Assembly (NCBI GenBank): GCA_016931415.1
Contig: JAFGEW010000099.1
Span: 18,522-82,521, forward strand
Direction: 5' to 3'
Origin: Verrucomicrobiota bacterium
GTDB taxonomy: Bacteria; Auribacterota; JABMQX01; JAFGEW01
DNA length: 64,000 nt
Shown: piece after piece, positions 35,819-44,612 of the stretch
Numbering within the stretch: the first letter of the stretch is position 1
Layout: every line of letters starts with the position of its first letter
Notes under the pieces: generated by a model
Database searches by the model: none
What the model was told of the DNA's origin: nothing
The model's input: only the letters and a program-made list of their open reading frames with translations
Position numbers and translations under genes: made by a program

Positions 35819-36625
35819 ATGAAGACCATGTTCGCCGCGCTTGTCGCCGCGGCCCTTATAGGCATTGTCGTGACGCCTGCGTTCCCCGAAGGCGAGGCCG
35901 AGGTCAGAGGGCAGACAATCTGCCCAGTCATGGGCGGCGTCGTCGACAAGCAGTACTTCGCCGACCACAACGGGAAGCGTGTCTACTTCTGCTGCCCGGC
36001 GTGCGCGCCCGAGTTCGCCAAAGATCCGGAGAAGTACATCAAGAAGCTCGAAGACGAAGGCATCACGCTCGATCAGACGCCGGACGATGGCCAGGGCGCC
36101 GATGAGGCGGCAGGCCACACCGGGCAAGTCTGGATATGTTCCATGCACGCGCAGGTCGAGCAGCCAGAGGCGGGCAATTGCCCCATGTGTGGCATGGACT
36201 TGGTCTTGCGCGAGGCCGAGGGAACGACCGAGACTGTCACGACGCAGACAGCCTGCCCCAATTCGGGCAAGCCGATTAACAAGAACCACTTCGCCGACTA
36301 CAACGGGAAGCGCGTCTACTTCTGCGGTCCCGGCTGCGTCAAGGCCTTCAAGGCCGATCCCGAGCCGTACATGAAGAGGCTCGCCGACGCCGGCGTCGTA
36401 CTCGAAGATGCGCCCAGGGAAGTGAAAACGCAGACGATGTGCCCCGTGCTGACGAACCAGAAGATCAACAAGAGCATCTTCGCTGACCACGAGGGCAAGC
36501 GCGTCTACTTCTGCTGCCGCAGTTGCCAGCGCGCGTTCGGGAAGAACCCAGCCAAGTACGTGAAGCAGCTCGAGGACCAGGGCATCACGCTCGAGCGTGT
36601 GTCCCAGACCTCCCACTCGCACTGA
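35819..36625 (+). CDS. periplasmic metal-binding protein with three YHS/TRASH-like domains and one CusB-type heavy-metal-binding (HMBD, C-x-M-H...C-P-x-C-G-M) domain
   Basis: Signal peptide present. The unit (I/M)CPV..G..(V/I)(D/N)K..FADHNGKRVYFC(C/G)..C...F..(D/N)P..Y(I/M)K(K/R)L occurs three times. VWICSMHAQVEQPEAGNCPMCGMDLV, the HMBD, sits in the middle. Confidence 0.65.
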   Translation: MKTMFAALVAAALIGIVVTPAFPEGEAEVRGQTICPVMGGVVDKQYFADHNGKRVYFCCPACAPEFAKDPEKYIKKLEDEGITLDQTPDDGQGADEAAGHTGQVWICSMHAQVEQPEAGNCPMCGMDLVLREAEGTTETVTTQTACPNSGKPINKNHFADYNGKRVYFCGPGCVKAFKADPEPYMKRLADAGVVLEDAPREVKTQTMCPVLTNQKINKSIFADHEGKRVYFCCRSCQRAFGKNPAKYVKQLEDQGITLERVSQTSHSH

Positions 36626-36806
36626 CAGCACCCGGGCTGCGGGTGACCTCGCGCCTGCGGCGCGGATGTGGGAGGAGGAGGGCCTGAGTGACGATTGTGA
36701 GGCGACGCGACGGGCCCGGACAGACAGCGCGGGTGATGGCGCCGGCGGAGACGCCCCGCTACGGTGTGCTAGCCTCCTGTCCGAGTGGCGCCGAGGTGGT
36801 GACGAG

Positions 36807-38837
36807 ATGAACAGCCCCCGGGGAACGATTCGATTTCTTGTCCTGGCCGCGGTGCTTCTGACAGCGGCCTTCTTGCTGGGCTTCTGGATGCGAGGCGGGC
36901 ATGTGGAGCCCGCCGCGCGCCACGATCGCGCCGACGGCGATGAGGCTGAGGCGGCGGCGTGGTATTGCAGCATGCACCCGGAACTGGGGCATTTCCCGGA
37001 CCCTGGCCGTTGCCCGATCTGCGGCATGGCCCTGGTGCCGGTGCCGACCGAGCATGAGAGCAAGGAGCTTGGGCCGCGCCAGGTCCGGCTCTCGCCCTAC
37101 GCGCGGAAGTTGTCCGAGCTCGAGACGACCAAAGTTGTGCGCAAGCCCGTCGAGGCGCAGCTCCGCCTCGTGGGCAAGGTCGAGTACGACGAGACGCGCC
37201 TCGGCACCATCACCGCCTGGGTGCCGGGCCGCCTCGACCGGCTCTACGTGGACTACACGGGCATCCCGGTCCAGAAAGGCGACCACCTTGTCTATCTCTA
37301 CAGCCCGGAGCTGCTCACGGCGCAGGAGGAGCTGATCCAGGCGCTCAAGACGCTCCGCGCGCTCGAGGCGGGCTCGGCGACACCCGGCGCCGTCGAGTCG
37401 GCACGCCTGACGCTGGACGCTGTGCGCGAGAAGCTCCGGCTCTGGGGCCTGACGCCCGAGCAAGTCGCCGAGACTGAAAAGCGCGGCACGCCTTCGGACC
37501 ACATGACCATCTACGCGCCGATGAGCGGGATCGTCATCCACAAGAATGCCGTCGAGGGGATGTACGTGCAGACCGGCACGGTCATCTACACCATCGCCGA
37601 TCTGTCGCGCATCTGGGTCAAGCTGGATGCCTACGAATCGGATCTGCCGTGGATCAAGTACGCGCAGCGGGTCACGTTCGAGGCCGAGGCGTACCCGGGC
37701 GAGCGCTTCGAGGGCACGGTGGCCTTCATTGATCCCATCCTGGACGCGAAGACCCGGACGGTGAAAGTCCGTGTCAACGTCGAGAACCCCGAAGGCAGGC
37801 TCAAGCCGGGGATGTTCGTTCGCGCGATCGTTCGCGCGCAAGTGGCCGCAGGCGGCCGTGTGGTGAGCGCGGCGCTCGCGGGGAAATGGATCAGCCCAAT
37901 GCACCCGGAGATTGTCAAGGATGAGTCGGGAACGTGCGACGTCTGCGGCATGCCGCTCGTGCGCGCCGAGAGCCTCGGCTACGTCTCACCCGAGGACGTG
38001 CAGGCTGAGGCGCCGCTCGTCATCCCGGCCTCGGCCCCGATTCTCACCGGCAGGCGCGCTGTGGTCTACGTCGAGGTGCCGGGCGAGCCGGGCGTGTACG
38101 AGGGCCGCGAGATCGCGCTCGGCCCGCGCGCGGGCGACTACTACATCGTCAACGCGGGGCTGGCCGAGGGCGAATCGGTCGTCTCGAGCGGCGGCTTCAA
38201 GATCGATAGCGCCCTGCAGATCCTGGCCAAACCAAGCATGATGAGCCCTGAGGGCGGCACAGCGCCGCCGGACCACGATCACGGTGCGGCAACGCCCATT
38301 ACGCCCAACGGGGATACGGAAGCGGCCACCGGGCAGGAGATCGGCGTCCCCGCCGTGTTCACGACGCAGCTCGACGCCGTGCTCGGCGCGTATTTCGAGG
38401 TTCAGCACGCACTGAGCCGCGATGAGCTCGATGGCGCCACGGCGGGAGCGACCGCGCTGCTCAGCGCGCTCGACGAGGTAGACATGGCGTTGCTTCAAGG
38501 ACCGGCGCACGAGGCGTGGATGAAGGAGCTGCAGGGCTTGACGAAGAGCGCGAAGGCGCTCGCCACGGCGCGGGAGATCGCGAAGGCCCGCGAGGCGTTC
38601 GAAGCGCTTTCGGCCGGCGCGTACGTGGTCGCCAAGCATTTCGGCACGGGCGGCGCGCAGCCGATCCTGCGATTCCACTGCCCGATGGCCTTCGACGGCC
38701 GGGGCGCGGACTGGCTCCAGAGAACGACGGACACCGAGAACCCATACTTCGGCTCGCAGATGTTCAGGTGCGGCGAGCAGGTCGAGACCGTCGCCGCGGG
38801 AGCCGCCACCCAGCGCGACGAGCACGGCCATGAATAA
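36807..38837 (+). CDS. cusB: RND efflux membrane-fusion protein (CusB/HlyD family), enlarged: two HMBD metal-binding motifs + C-terminal helical DUF3347-like domain
   Basis: 676 aa. HMBDs are WYCSMHPELGHFPDPGRCPICGMAL and WISPMHPEIVKDESGTCDVCGMPL. The MFP beta-barrel/lipoyl core is present. The C-terminal ~150 aa are helical and end in RFHCPMAF. Confidence 0.75.
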   Translation: MNSPRGTIRFLVLAAVLLTAAFLLGFWMRGGHVEPAARHDRADGDEAEAAAWYCSMHPELGHFPDPGRCPICGMALVPVPTEHESKELGPRQVRLSPYARKLSELETTKVVRKPVEAQLRLVGKVEYDETRLGTITAWVPGRLDRLYVDYTGIPVQKGDHLVYLYSPELLTAQEELIQALKTLRALEAGSATPGAVESARLTLDAVREKLRLWGLTPEQVAETEKRGTPSDHMTIYAPMSGIVIHKNAVEGMYVQTGTVIYTIADLSRIWVKLDAYESDLPWIKYAQRVTFEAEAYPGERFEGTVAFIDPILDAKTRTVKVRVNVENPEGRLKPGMFVRAIVRAQVAAGGRVVSAALAGKWISPMHPEIVKDESGTCDVCGMPLVRAESLGYVSPEDVQAEAPLVIPASAPILTGRRAVVYVEVPGEPGVYEGREIALGPRAGDYYIVNAGLAEGESVVSSGGFKIDSALQILAKPSMMSPEGGTAPPDHDHGAATPITPNGDTEAATGQEIGVPAVFTTQLDAVLGAYFEVQHALSRDELDGATAGATALLSALDEVDMALLQGPAHEAWMKELQGLTKSAKALATAREIAKAREAFEALSAGAYVVAKHFGTGGAQPILRFHCPMAFDGRGADWLQRTTDTENPYFGSQMFRCGEQVETVAAGAATQRDEHGHE

Positions 38838-41800
38838 GCCGCCGAATGGACAGCGGGCCTCTGGACCGTCGCCCACAGACAAGGTCATCCGCTTCTTCCT
38901 CGAGAAGAAGGTGATAGTCCTCCTGCTCATCATCCTCGTCATCGGCTGGGGCCTGATGGTCGCGCCGTTCGATTGGAAGCTCGGCGGCCTGCCGCGCAGT
39001 CCGGTACCCGTGGACGCGATCCCTGACATCGGCGAGAACCAGCAGATCGTCTTCACCGACTGGATGGGCCGCTCGCCCCAGGACGTCGAGGACCAGATCA
39101 CCTATCCGCTCACGGTGTCGCTGCTCGGCGTGCCGAAGGTCAGGACGATTCGCAGCTACTCGGCGTTCGGGTTCTCGACGATTTACGTCATTTTCGAGGA
39201 TAAGGTGGACTTCTACTGGGCGCGCTCGCGCGTGCTCGAAAAGCTCAACAGCCTCGCGTCGGGCACGCTGCCCGACGGCGTCCAGCCGCGGCTCGGCCCG
39301 GACGCCACCGCGCTCGGCCAGGTATTCTGGTACACGCTCGAGGGCCGCGATGCGCAGGGCAACCCGGCCGGCGGGTGGAGCCTCGACGAACTCCGCACGA
39401 TCCAGGACTGGCACGTGCGCTATTCGCTGCTGTCGGCCGAGGGCATCAGCGAGGTGGCGTCCATCGGCGGCTTCGTCAAGGAGTACCAGATCGACGTCGA
39501 CCCCGACGCGATGCGGGCCTACAACGTCTCGCTCGGCGAGGTGGTGGCGGCCGTGCGCATGTCCAACGTAGACGTCGGCGCGCGCACGATCGAGATCAAC
39601 CGCGTCGAGTACGTCATCCGCGGGCTCGGTTTTGTCAAGAGCCTCGACGATATCGAGAACACCGTCGTCAAGGTCAACGACAACGTTCCCATCTACGTCA
39701 AGAACGTCGGCACGGTGGCGCTGGGTCCGGCGCTGCGCCGGGGCGCGCTCGACAAGGAAGGCGCCGAGGCCGTCGGCGGCGTGGTCGTCGTGCGCTACGA
39801 CGAGAACCCGCTTGCCGCCATCAACAACGTCAAGGAGAGGATCAAGGAGATCGCCCCGGGCCTGCCGAAGAAGACGCTGCCCGACGGCACGGTGAGCCAA
39901 GTGACGATCGTGCCGTTCTACGACCGAACGGGCCTGATCCACGAGACGCTCGGCACGTTGAACACGGCGTTGAGCCAGGAAATCCTGGTCACCATCATCG
40001 TCATCATCATCATGGTGGTGCACCTGCGCAGTTCTATGCTTATCTCGGCCGTGCTGCCGATGGCCGTGCTCATGTGCTTCATCGCGATGAAGCTCTTCGG
40101 TGTGGACGCCAACATCGTGGCGCTCTCGGGCATCGCGATCGCTATCGGCACGATCGTGGATATGGGCATCATCATCTGCGAGAACATCCTCAAGCATTTG
40201 GAGCAGGCCGGCCCGGACGAAAACCGTCTCGAGGTCGTCTATCGCGCCGCCAGCGAGGTGGGCAGCGCGGTGCTGACGGCTGTGGCGACCACCGTCGTGA
40301 GCTTCTTGCCTGTGTTCACGATGATCGCCGCGGAGGGCAAGCTGTTCCGGCCGCTGGCGTTCACGAAGACGTTCGCGCTTGTGGCATCGGTGATCTTCGC
40401 GCTGACCGTGATCCCGTCGCTCGCGCTGGTCTTCTTCCCGATCAAGGTGCCCAGCCGCGCACTGCGTCGCGTTCTGCTCGGCGCGCTCGTGGCCGCCGGC
40501 GTGCTCATCGGGGTGTTCGTCGTCTGGTGGGCGGGCGCACTCGTTGCGCTTGTGGGCGCCTACCGGCTCGTCGAGCCGCTGCTGCCGCCGAGGCTGAGGC
40601 GATCGGCGCCGTGGGTCACGGTGGGTCTCGTTGCCGGGGCGGTGGCCGTGGTGCTGGCCCAAGCCTGGCTGCCGCTCGGGCCCGAGAAGGGTCTTCTGCG
40701 CAACCTCGTTTTCGTCGCCGGCATCATCGGTCTGCTGCTCGCCTTTTTCCTGCTTTTCCAGCGCGTGTACCCGCGCATCCTGCGGTGGTGTCTTGACCAC
40801 AAGGCGGCCTTCCTGGCGATCCCGATCGTGCTCGTCTTTCTTGGCGGCATGGCGTGGCTCGGTTTCGATGCCTTCTTCGGCTGGCTGCCGCGCCCGCTCC
40901 GCACGTCGCGCCCGGTATCGGCCGTCGCACATGCCTTCCCCGGCTTGGGCAAGGAGTTCATGCCCCCGCTCGACGAGGGCTCCTTCCTGTGGATGCCGAC
41001 GACGATGCCGCATGCCTCGATCGGGGAGTCCCTCGACACGCTGCAGAAGCAGGATATGGCCATCCGCGCCGTGCCGGAGGTGGACACGGTCGTTGGCAAG
41101 ATTGGGCGCGCAGAGAGCCCGCTCGATCCCGCACCGATCTCGATGATCGAGACGGTCATCAACTACAGGCCCGAGTACATCGTGGACCGCAACGGACGGC
41201 GCATTCGGTTCCGGTTCGATCCGGGGCGGAACGACACCTTCCGGGCCGAGGACGGCACGCCGCTGCCTGCACCGGACGGCGAGCCCTACGTTGTCGCCGG
41301 GCGCTTCGTGCGCGACGAGGAGGGCCGGCTTATTCCCGACCGGAACGGGCGGCCCTTCCGCCTGTGGCGCCCGGCGCTCGATCCGGCGCTCCAGCCCGAC
41401 GGTGACCGCGCGGCGTGGTCCGGGATCCGCAACCCCAACGACATCTGGGAGGAGATCGTCGCTGCGGCCCAAGTGCCCGGTTCGACGACGGCCCCGAAGC
41501 TGCAGCCGATCGAGACGCGCCTCGTCATGCTCCAGACGGGCATGCGCGCGCCGATGGGCCTCAAGGTCAAGGGGCCGGACCTCGAGGCGATCGAGCAGTT
41601 CGGCATTCAGGTAGAGCGCCTGCTCAGGGAGGTGCCGTCAATCGAGGAGAGGACGGTCAGCGCCGACCGCATCGTCGCCAAGCCCTACCTCGAGATCGAC
41701 ATTGACCGCGAGGCGATCGCCCGCCACGGCGTGATGCTGCGCCAGGTGCAGGATGTCATCGAGACCGCCATCGGTGGCCAGACCATCACGACCACGGTCG

Positions 41801-43020
41801 AAGGCCGCGAACGCTTCCCGGTCCGCGTGCGCTACGCGCGCGAGTTGCGCGACACGATCGAGGCGCTCGAGGGGGTGCTCGTTCCCGCGCACGACGGGGC
41901 GCAAATCCCGCTGCGGCAACTGACCGAGGCTCACACGGAGATCAGCCTCAACGCCGAGAACGCGATGGACCGCAACCTCGATGAGGCAGCCGTGGCGAAC
42001 GCACTCCATGCCTTTATCGCCCAGAACGGCATCCGCCTCACCTACGGTAGCGCCTCGAGTTTCCCCGTCCATGTCCGGCGCAAGCGCGACTGGCTCACGC
42101 ACGAACAGGCCTTCGAGACTGTTACCGTGCGCAATGGGGCCGGGGAGGAGATTGCGTTGAGCGACGTGCTTCGCGTCGAGCACCTCCAGGGCGTGCGCTA
42201 CACGCCCGGGCCGCAGATGATCAAGAGCGAGGACACGTTCCTCGTCGGCTACGTGACGTTCGGCATGAAGCCCGGCTACGCGGAGGTCGACGTCGTCCGC
42301 CACGCGCAGGCGTACCTCGAGCATAAGGAGATGACGGGCGAGCTGCAGCGGCCGCCCGGGGTCAGCTACACGTTCTCCGGGAGCTACGAGAACCAGGTGC
42401 GCGCCGCGCGCACGCTCGCCGTCGTTCTGCCGCTGGCGCTCCTCATCATCTTCCTGATCCTGTACCTGCAGTTCAACTCCGTCCCGAGGACGCTGCTCGT
42501 CTTCTCGGGCATCGTCGTGGCGTGGTCGGGCGGCTTTATTCTGATCTGGCTCTATGCACAGCCGTGGTTCCTGGATTTCGCCGTCTTCGGCACCAGCATG
42601 CGCGAGCTGTTCTCCGTGCACCCGATCAACCTGAGCGTCGCGGTCTGGGTCGGCTTCCTGGCGCTCTTCGGCATCGCGTCGGACAACGGAGTGCTTATTA
42701 CGACCTACCTCAACCAGTCATTCGTGCGCCACAAGCCGATGACGGCTGCCGAGGTGCGTGCAGCGACGATCGAGGCAAGCCTGCGCCGCATCCGGCCCGC
42801 ACTCATGACGTCGGCGACGACCATCCTCGCGTTGGTCCCCGTGCTCACCTCCACGGGACGTGGTGCCGACGTCATGGTGCCGATGGCGATTCCGTCATTC
42901 GGCGGCATGTTGCTCGCGCTCATCACGGTGTTCGTTGTACCCGTGCTCTACTGCGCCATCGAGGAGCACAAGCTCAAAGGCGCGAAGCGGCGGGCTGCGG
43001 TGGCTGCGCCGCAGATGTGA
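38830..43020 (+). CDS. cusA: heavy-metal-efflux RND transporter (CusA/CzcA family), unusually long (1396 aa) with inserted extra TM helices and periplasmic insertions
   Basis: RND blocks include GIAIAIGTIVDMGIIICENI, DNGVLITTYLNQ and PMAIPSFGGMLLALITVFVVPVLY. A ~100-aa hydrophobic insertion lies between canonical TM6 and the second periplasmic domain. Two further insertions of ~70-95 aa lie in the periplasmic domains. Confidence 0.85.
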   Translation: MNKPPNGQRASGPSPTDKVIRFFLEKKVIVLLLIILVIGWGLMVAPFDWKLGGLPRSPVPVDAIPDIGENQQIVFTDWMGRSPQDVEDQITYPLTVSLLGVPKVRTIRSYSAFGFSTIYVIFEDKVDFYWARSRVLEKLNSLASGTLPDGVQPRLGPDATALGQVFWYTLEGRDAQGNPAGGWSLDELRTIQDWHVRYSLLSAEGISEVASIGGFVKEYQIDVDPDAMRAYNVSLGEVVAAVRMSNVDVGARTIEINRVEYVIRGLGFVKSLDDIENTVVKVNDNVPIYVKNVGTVALGPALRRGALDKEGAEAVGGVVVVRYDENPLAAINNVKERIKEIAPGLPKKTLPDGTVSQVTIVPFYDRTGLIHETLGTLNTALSQEILVTIIVIIIMVVHLRSSMLISAVLPMAVLMCFIAMKLFGVDANIVALSGIAIAIGTIVDMGIIICENILKHLEQAGPDENRLEVVYRAASEVGSAVLTAVATTVVSFLPVFTMIAAEGKLFRPLAFTKTFALVASVIFALTVIPSLALVFFPIKVPSRALRRVLLGALVAAGVLIGVFVVWWAGALVALVGAYRLVEPLLPPRLRRSAPWVTVGLVAGAVAVVLAQAWLPLGPEKGLLRNLVFVAGIIGLLLAFFLLFQRVYPRILRWCLDHKAAFLAIPIVLVFLGGMAWLGFDAFFGWLPRPLRTSRPVSAVAHAFPGLGKEFMPPLDEGSFLWMPTTMPHASIGESLDTLQKQDMAIRAVPEVDTVVGKIGRAESPLDPAPISMIETVINYRPEYIVDRNGRRIRFRFDPGRNDTFRAEDGTPLPAPDGEPYVVAGRFVRDEEGRLIPDRNGRPFRLWRPALDPALQPDGDRAAWSGIRNPNDIWEEIVAAAQVPGSTTAPKLQPIETRLVMLQTGMRAPMGLKVKGPDLEAIEQFGIQVERLLREVPSIEERTVSADRIVAKPYLEIDIDREAIARHGVMLRQVQDVIETAIGGQTITTTVEGRERFPVRVRYARELRDTIEALEGVLVPAHDGAQIPLRQLTEAHTEISLNAENAMDRNLDEAAVANALHAFIAQNGIRLTYGSASSFPVHVRRKRDWLTHEQAFETVTVRNGAGEEIALSDVLRVEHLQGVRYTPGPQMIKSEDTFLVGYVTFGMKPGYAEVDVVRHAQAYLEHKEMTGELQRPPGVSYTFSGSYENQVRAARTLAVVLPLALLIIFLILYLQFNSVPRTLLVFSGIVVAWSGGFILIWLYAQPWFLDFAVFGTSMRELFSVHPINLSVAVWVGFLALFGIASDNGVLITTYLNQSFVRHKPMTAAEVRAATIEASLRRIRPALMTSATTILALVPVLTSTGRGADVMVPMAIPSFGGMLLALITVFVVPVLYCAIEEHKLKGAKRRAAVAAPQM

Positions 43021-43051
43021 TGCGCGCCTGCCGAAGGGCGTCGTAGCGCAG

Positions 43052-43723
43052 CTACGAGCTCTGCTGCCCGCCATGGACGTGGCGGACTACATCGCCCTCG
43101 ATCATGAAGATCACATCCTCGGCGATGTTTGTGGCGTGGTCGGCGATCCGCTCGAGGTTGCGTGACGACGAGAGGGCATGGACGGCCCGCTCGATCGTCA
43201 ACGGGTCGTCGTGCATGAGCTGCTGGAGTGCGTCAAACATCTCACGGTTGGCCGCGTCCACCTCGTCGTCGCGCCGAAGCACGCTCCGGGCCAGCATCTC
43301 GTCCATGTTCACGAGCGCATCGAGGCTCTGTCGCACCATGGTGCGTACCGTCTCGGCCATCCTTGAGAACCCTGCAGGGAGACGGATCGCATCATGTGTC
43401 GCGAGGTAGACGGCGCGCTCGGCGATGTTGGCCGCGAGGTCAGCCATACGTTCGAGGTCGTTGTTGACCTTCATCACGGCAACGATGAAGCGCAGATCGA
43501 TGGCGACGGGCTGATGCAAGGCGAGGATCTTGAGGCATTGCTCTTCCACTTCGACCTCACGGGCATCGATCACGCTGTCGCCGTCGATGACCTCGCGGGC
43601 GGTCTCGGGGCGGCGATCCATAAGCGCCTTGATCGCCTTGCCGATCGCTTCCTCAACCAGCGAGCCGACTTTCAGGATTTCCTTCTTGAGATGCTCGAGG
43701 TCACGTTCGAGATGCTTGGGCAT
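43052..43723 (-). CDS. phoU: phosphate-specific transport system accessory protein PhoU
   Basis: 223 aa with two PhoU repeats (..ERMADLAANIAE.. / ..ERIADHATNIAEDV..). Confidence 0.85.
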   Translation of the reverse strand: MPKHLERDLEHLKKEILKVGSLVEEAIGKAIKALMDRRPETAREVIDGDSVIDAREVEVEEQCLKILALHQPVAIDLRFIVAVMKVNNDLERMADLAANIAERAVYLATHDAIRLPAGFSRMAETVRTMVRQSLDALVNMDEMLARSVLRRDDEVDAANREMFDALQQLMHDDPLTIERAVHALSSSRNLERIADHATNIAEDVIFMIEGDVVRHVHGGQQSS

Positions 43724-43778
43724 TGTTTGCTCCGTTTGTGAGACGTATCGGCCGGGTTCTGCCTGGCCGCTGGCATAC

Positions 43779-44606
43779 TCAACCGAAGCGGCCGGTGATG
43801 TAGTCCTCTGTTCGTTGCTCTTTCGGCTTCGTGAAGACCCGCCGCGTTACGTCGAACTCGACAAGCTCGCCCTCGTAGAGAAATCCAGTGTAATCGGAGA
43901 CGCGCGCTGCCTGCTGCATGTTATGCGTGACGATCATGATCGTATAGCGGCCTCGCAGCTCACGGATCAGGTCCTCGATCCGTGTCGTGGCTCGAGGGTC
44001 AAGGGCCGAGGTCGGTTCGTCCATGAGCAGCACATCGGGGTCGACGGCGAGCGCCCGGGCAATGCAGAGCCGTTGTTGCTGGCCGCCCGAGAGGCGCAGG
44101 GCATTCTCCGACAGCCGGTCCTTCACCTCGTCCCAAAGCGCCGCGCGGCTCAGGCTGCGCTCGACGATCTCCAGCAAGCGGCGGCGACCGCGGTTCCCGT
44201 GCAGGCGTGGCCCGTAGGCGACGTTGTCGAAGATCGATTTGGGGAACGGATTCGGCTTCTGAAACACCATGCCGACGCGGCGCCGCAGCTCAGCCACATC
44301 GACACGGGGGCCGTAGACATCCTCGCCGTCGAGCAGCAGCCGGCCGCGCGTCGAGCAGCCGGGGATGAGATCATTCATCCGGTTGACGGCACGCAGCAGC
44401 GTGCTTTTCCCGCAGCCGCTTGGTCCGATGATCGCCGTAACCTGCCCGGCCGGGATACTGCACGTGACGTGCTCGACGGCCCTATTCGTGCCGTACAATA
44501 CCGAGAACGCTTCGGCTTGGACATGCGCTTCGGATGGGGCGATCCCGTTGAGCGTGGCGTCCGCTGGTTCGCTCGTGACCTCGTTTTGCGCCGAAAGGCG
44601 GATCAT
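43779..44606 (-). CDS. pstB: phosphate ABC transporter ATP-binding protein
   Basis: Walker A is GPSGCGKST. The ABC signature is [15 protein letters not shown]. Walker B is [11 protein letters not shown]. The PstB-specific N-terminal region is present. Confidence 0.9.
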   Translation of the reverse strand: MIRLSAQNEVTSEPADATLNGIAPSEAHVQAEAFSVLYGTNRAVEHVTCSIPAGQVTAIIGPSGCGKSTLLRAVNRMNDLIPGCSTRGRLLLDGEDVYGPRVDVAELRRRVGMVFQKPNPFPKSIFDNVAYGPRLHGNRGRRRLLEIVERSLSRAALWDEVKDRLSENALRLSGGQQQRLCIARALAVDPDVLLMDEPTSALDPRATTRIEDLIRELRGRYTIMIVTHNMQQAARVSDYTGFLYEGELVEFDVTRRVFTKPKEQRTEDYITGRFG

Positions 44607-44612
44607 GCCTGG

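Noticed and set aside
32436-37063. Minus-strand ORFs 32436..33680, 33716..34507, 34302..35735 (477 aa) and 35792..37063 (423 aa)
   Set aside because: They are antisense to mvhA, the membrane protein, cusC and the YHS protein/cusB, which are supported by homology and signal peptides. The composition is frame-artefact-like.
38764-41472. 902-aa ORF on the minus strand antisense to cusA (plus shorter nested ORFs at 39375..40796, 39918..40193 and 40560..41162)
   Set aside because: The composition is dominated by Arg, His, Asp and Pro, typical of a GC3-rich gene read in a wrong frame. The plus-strand frame carries unmistakable RND transporter blocks. No motifs were found in the antisense product.
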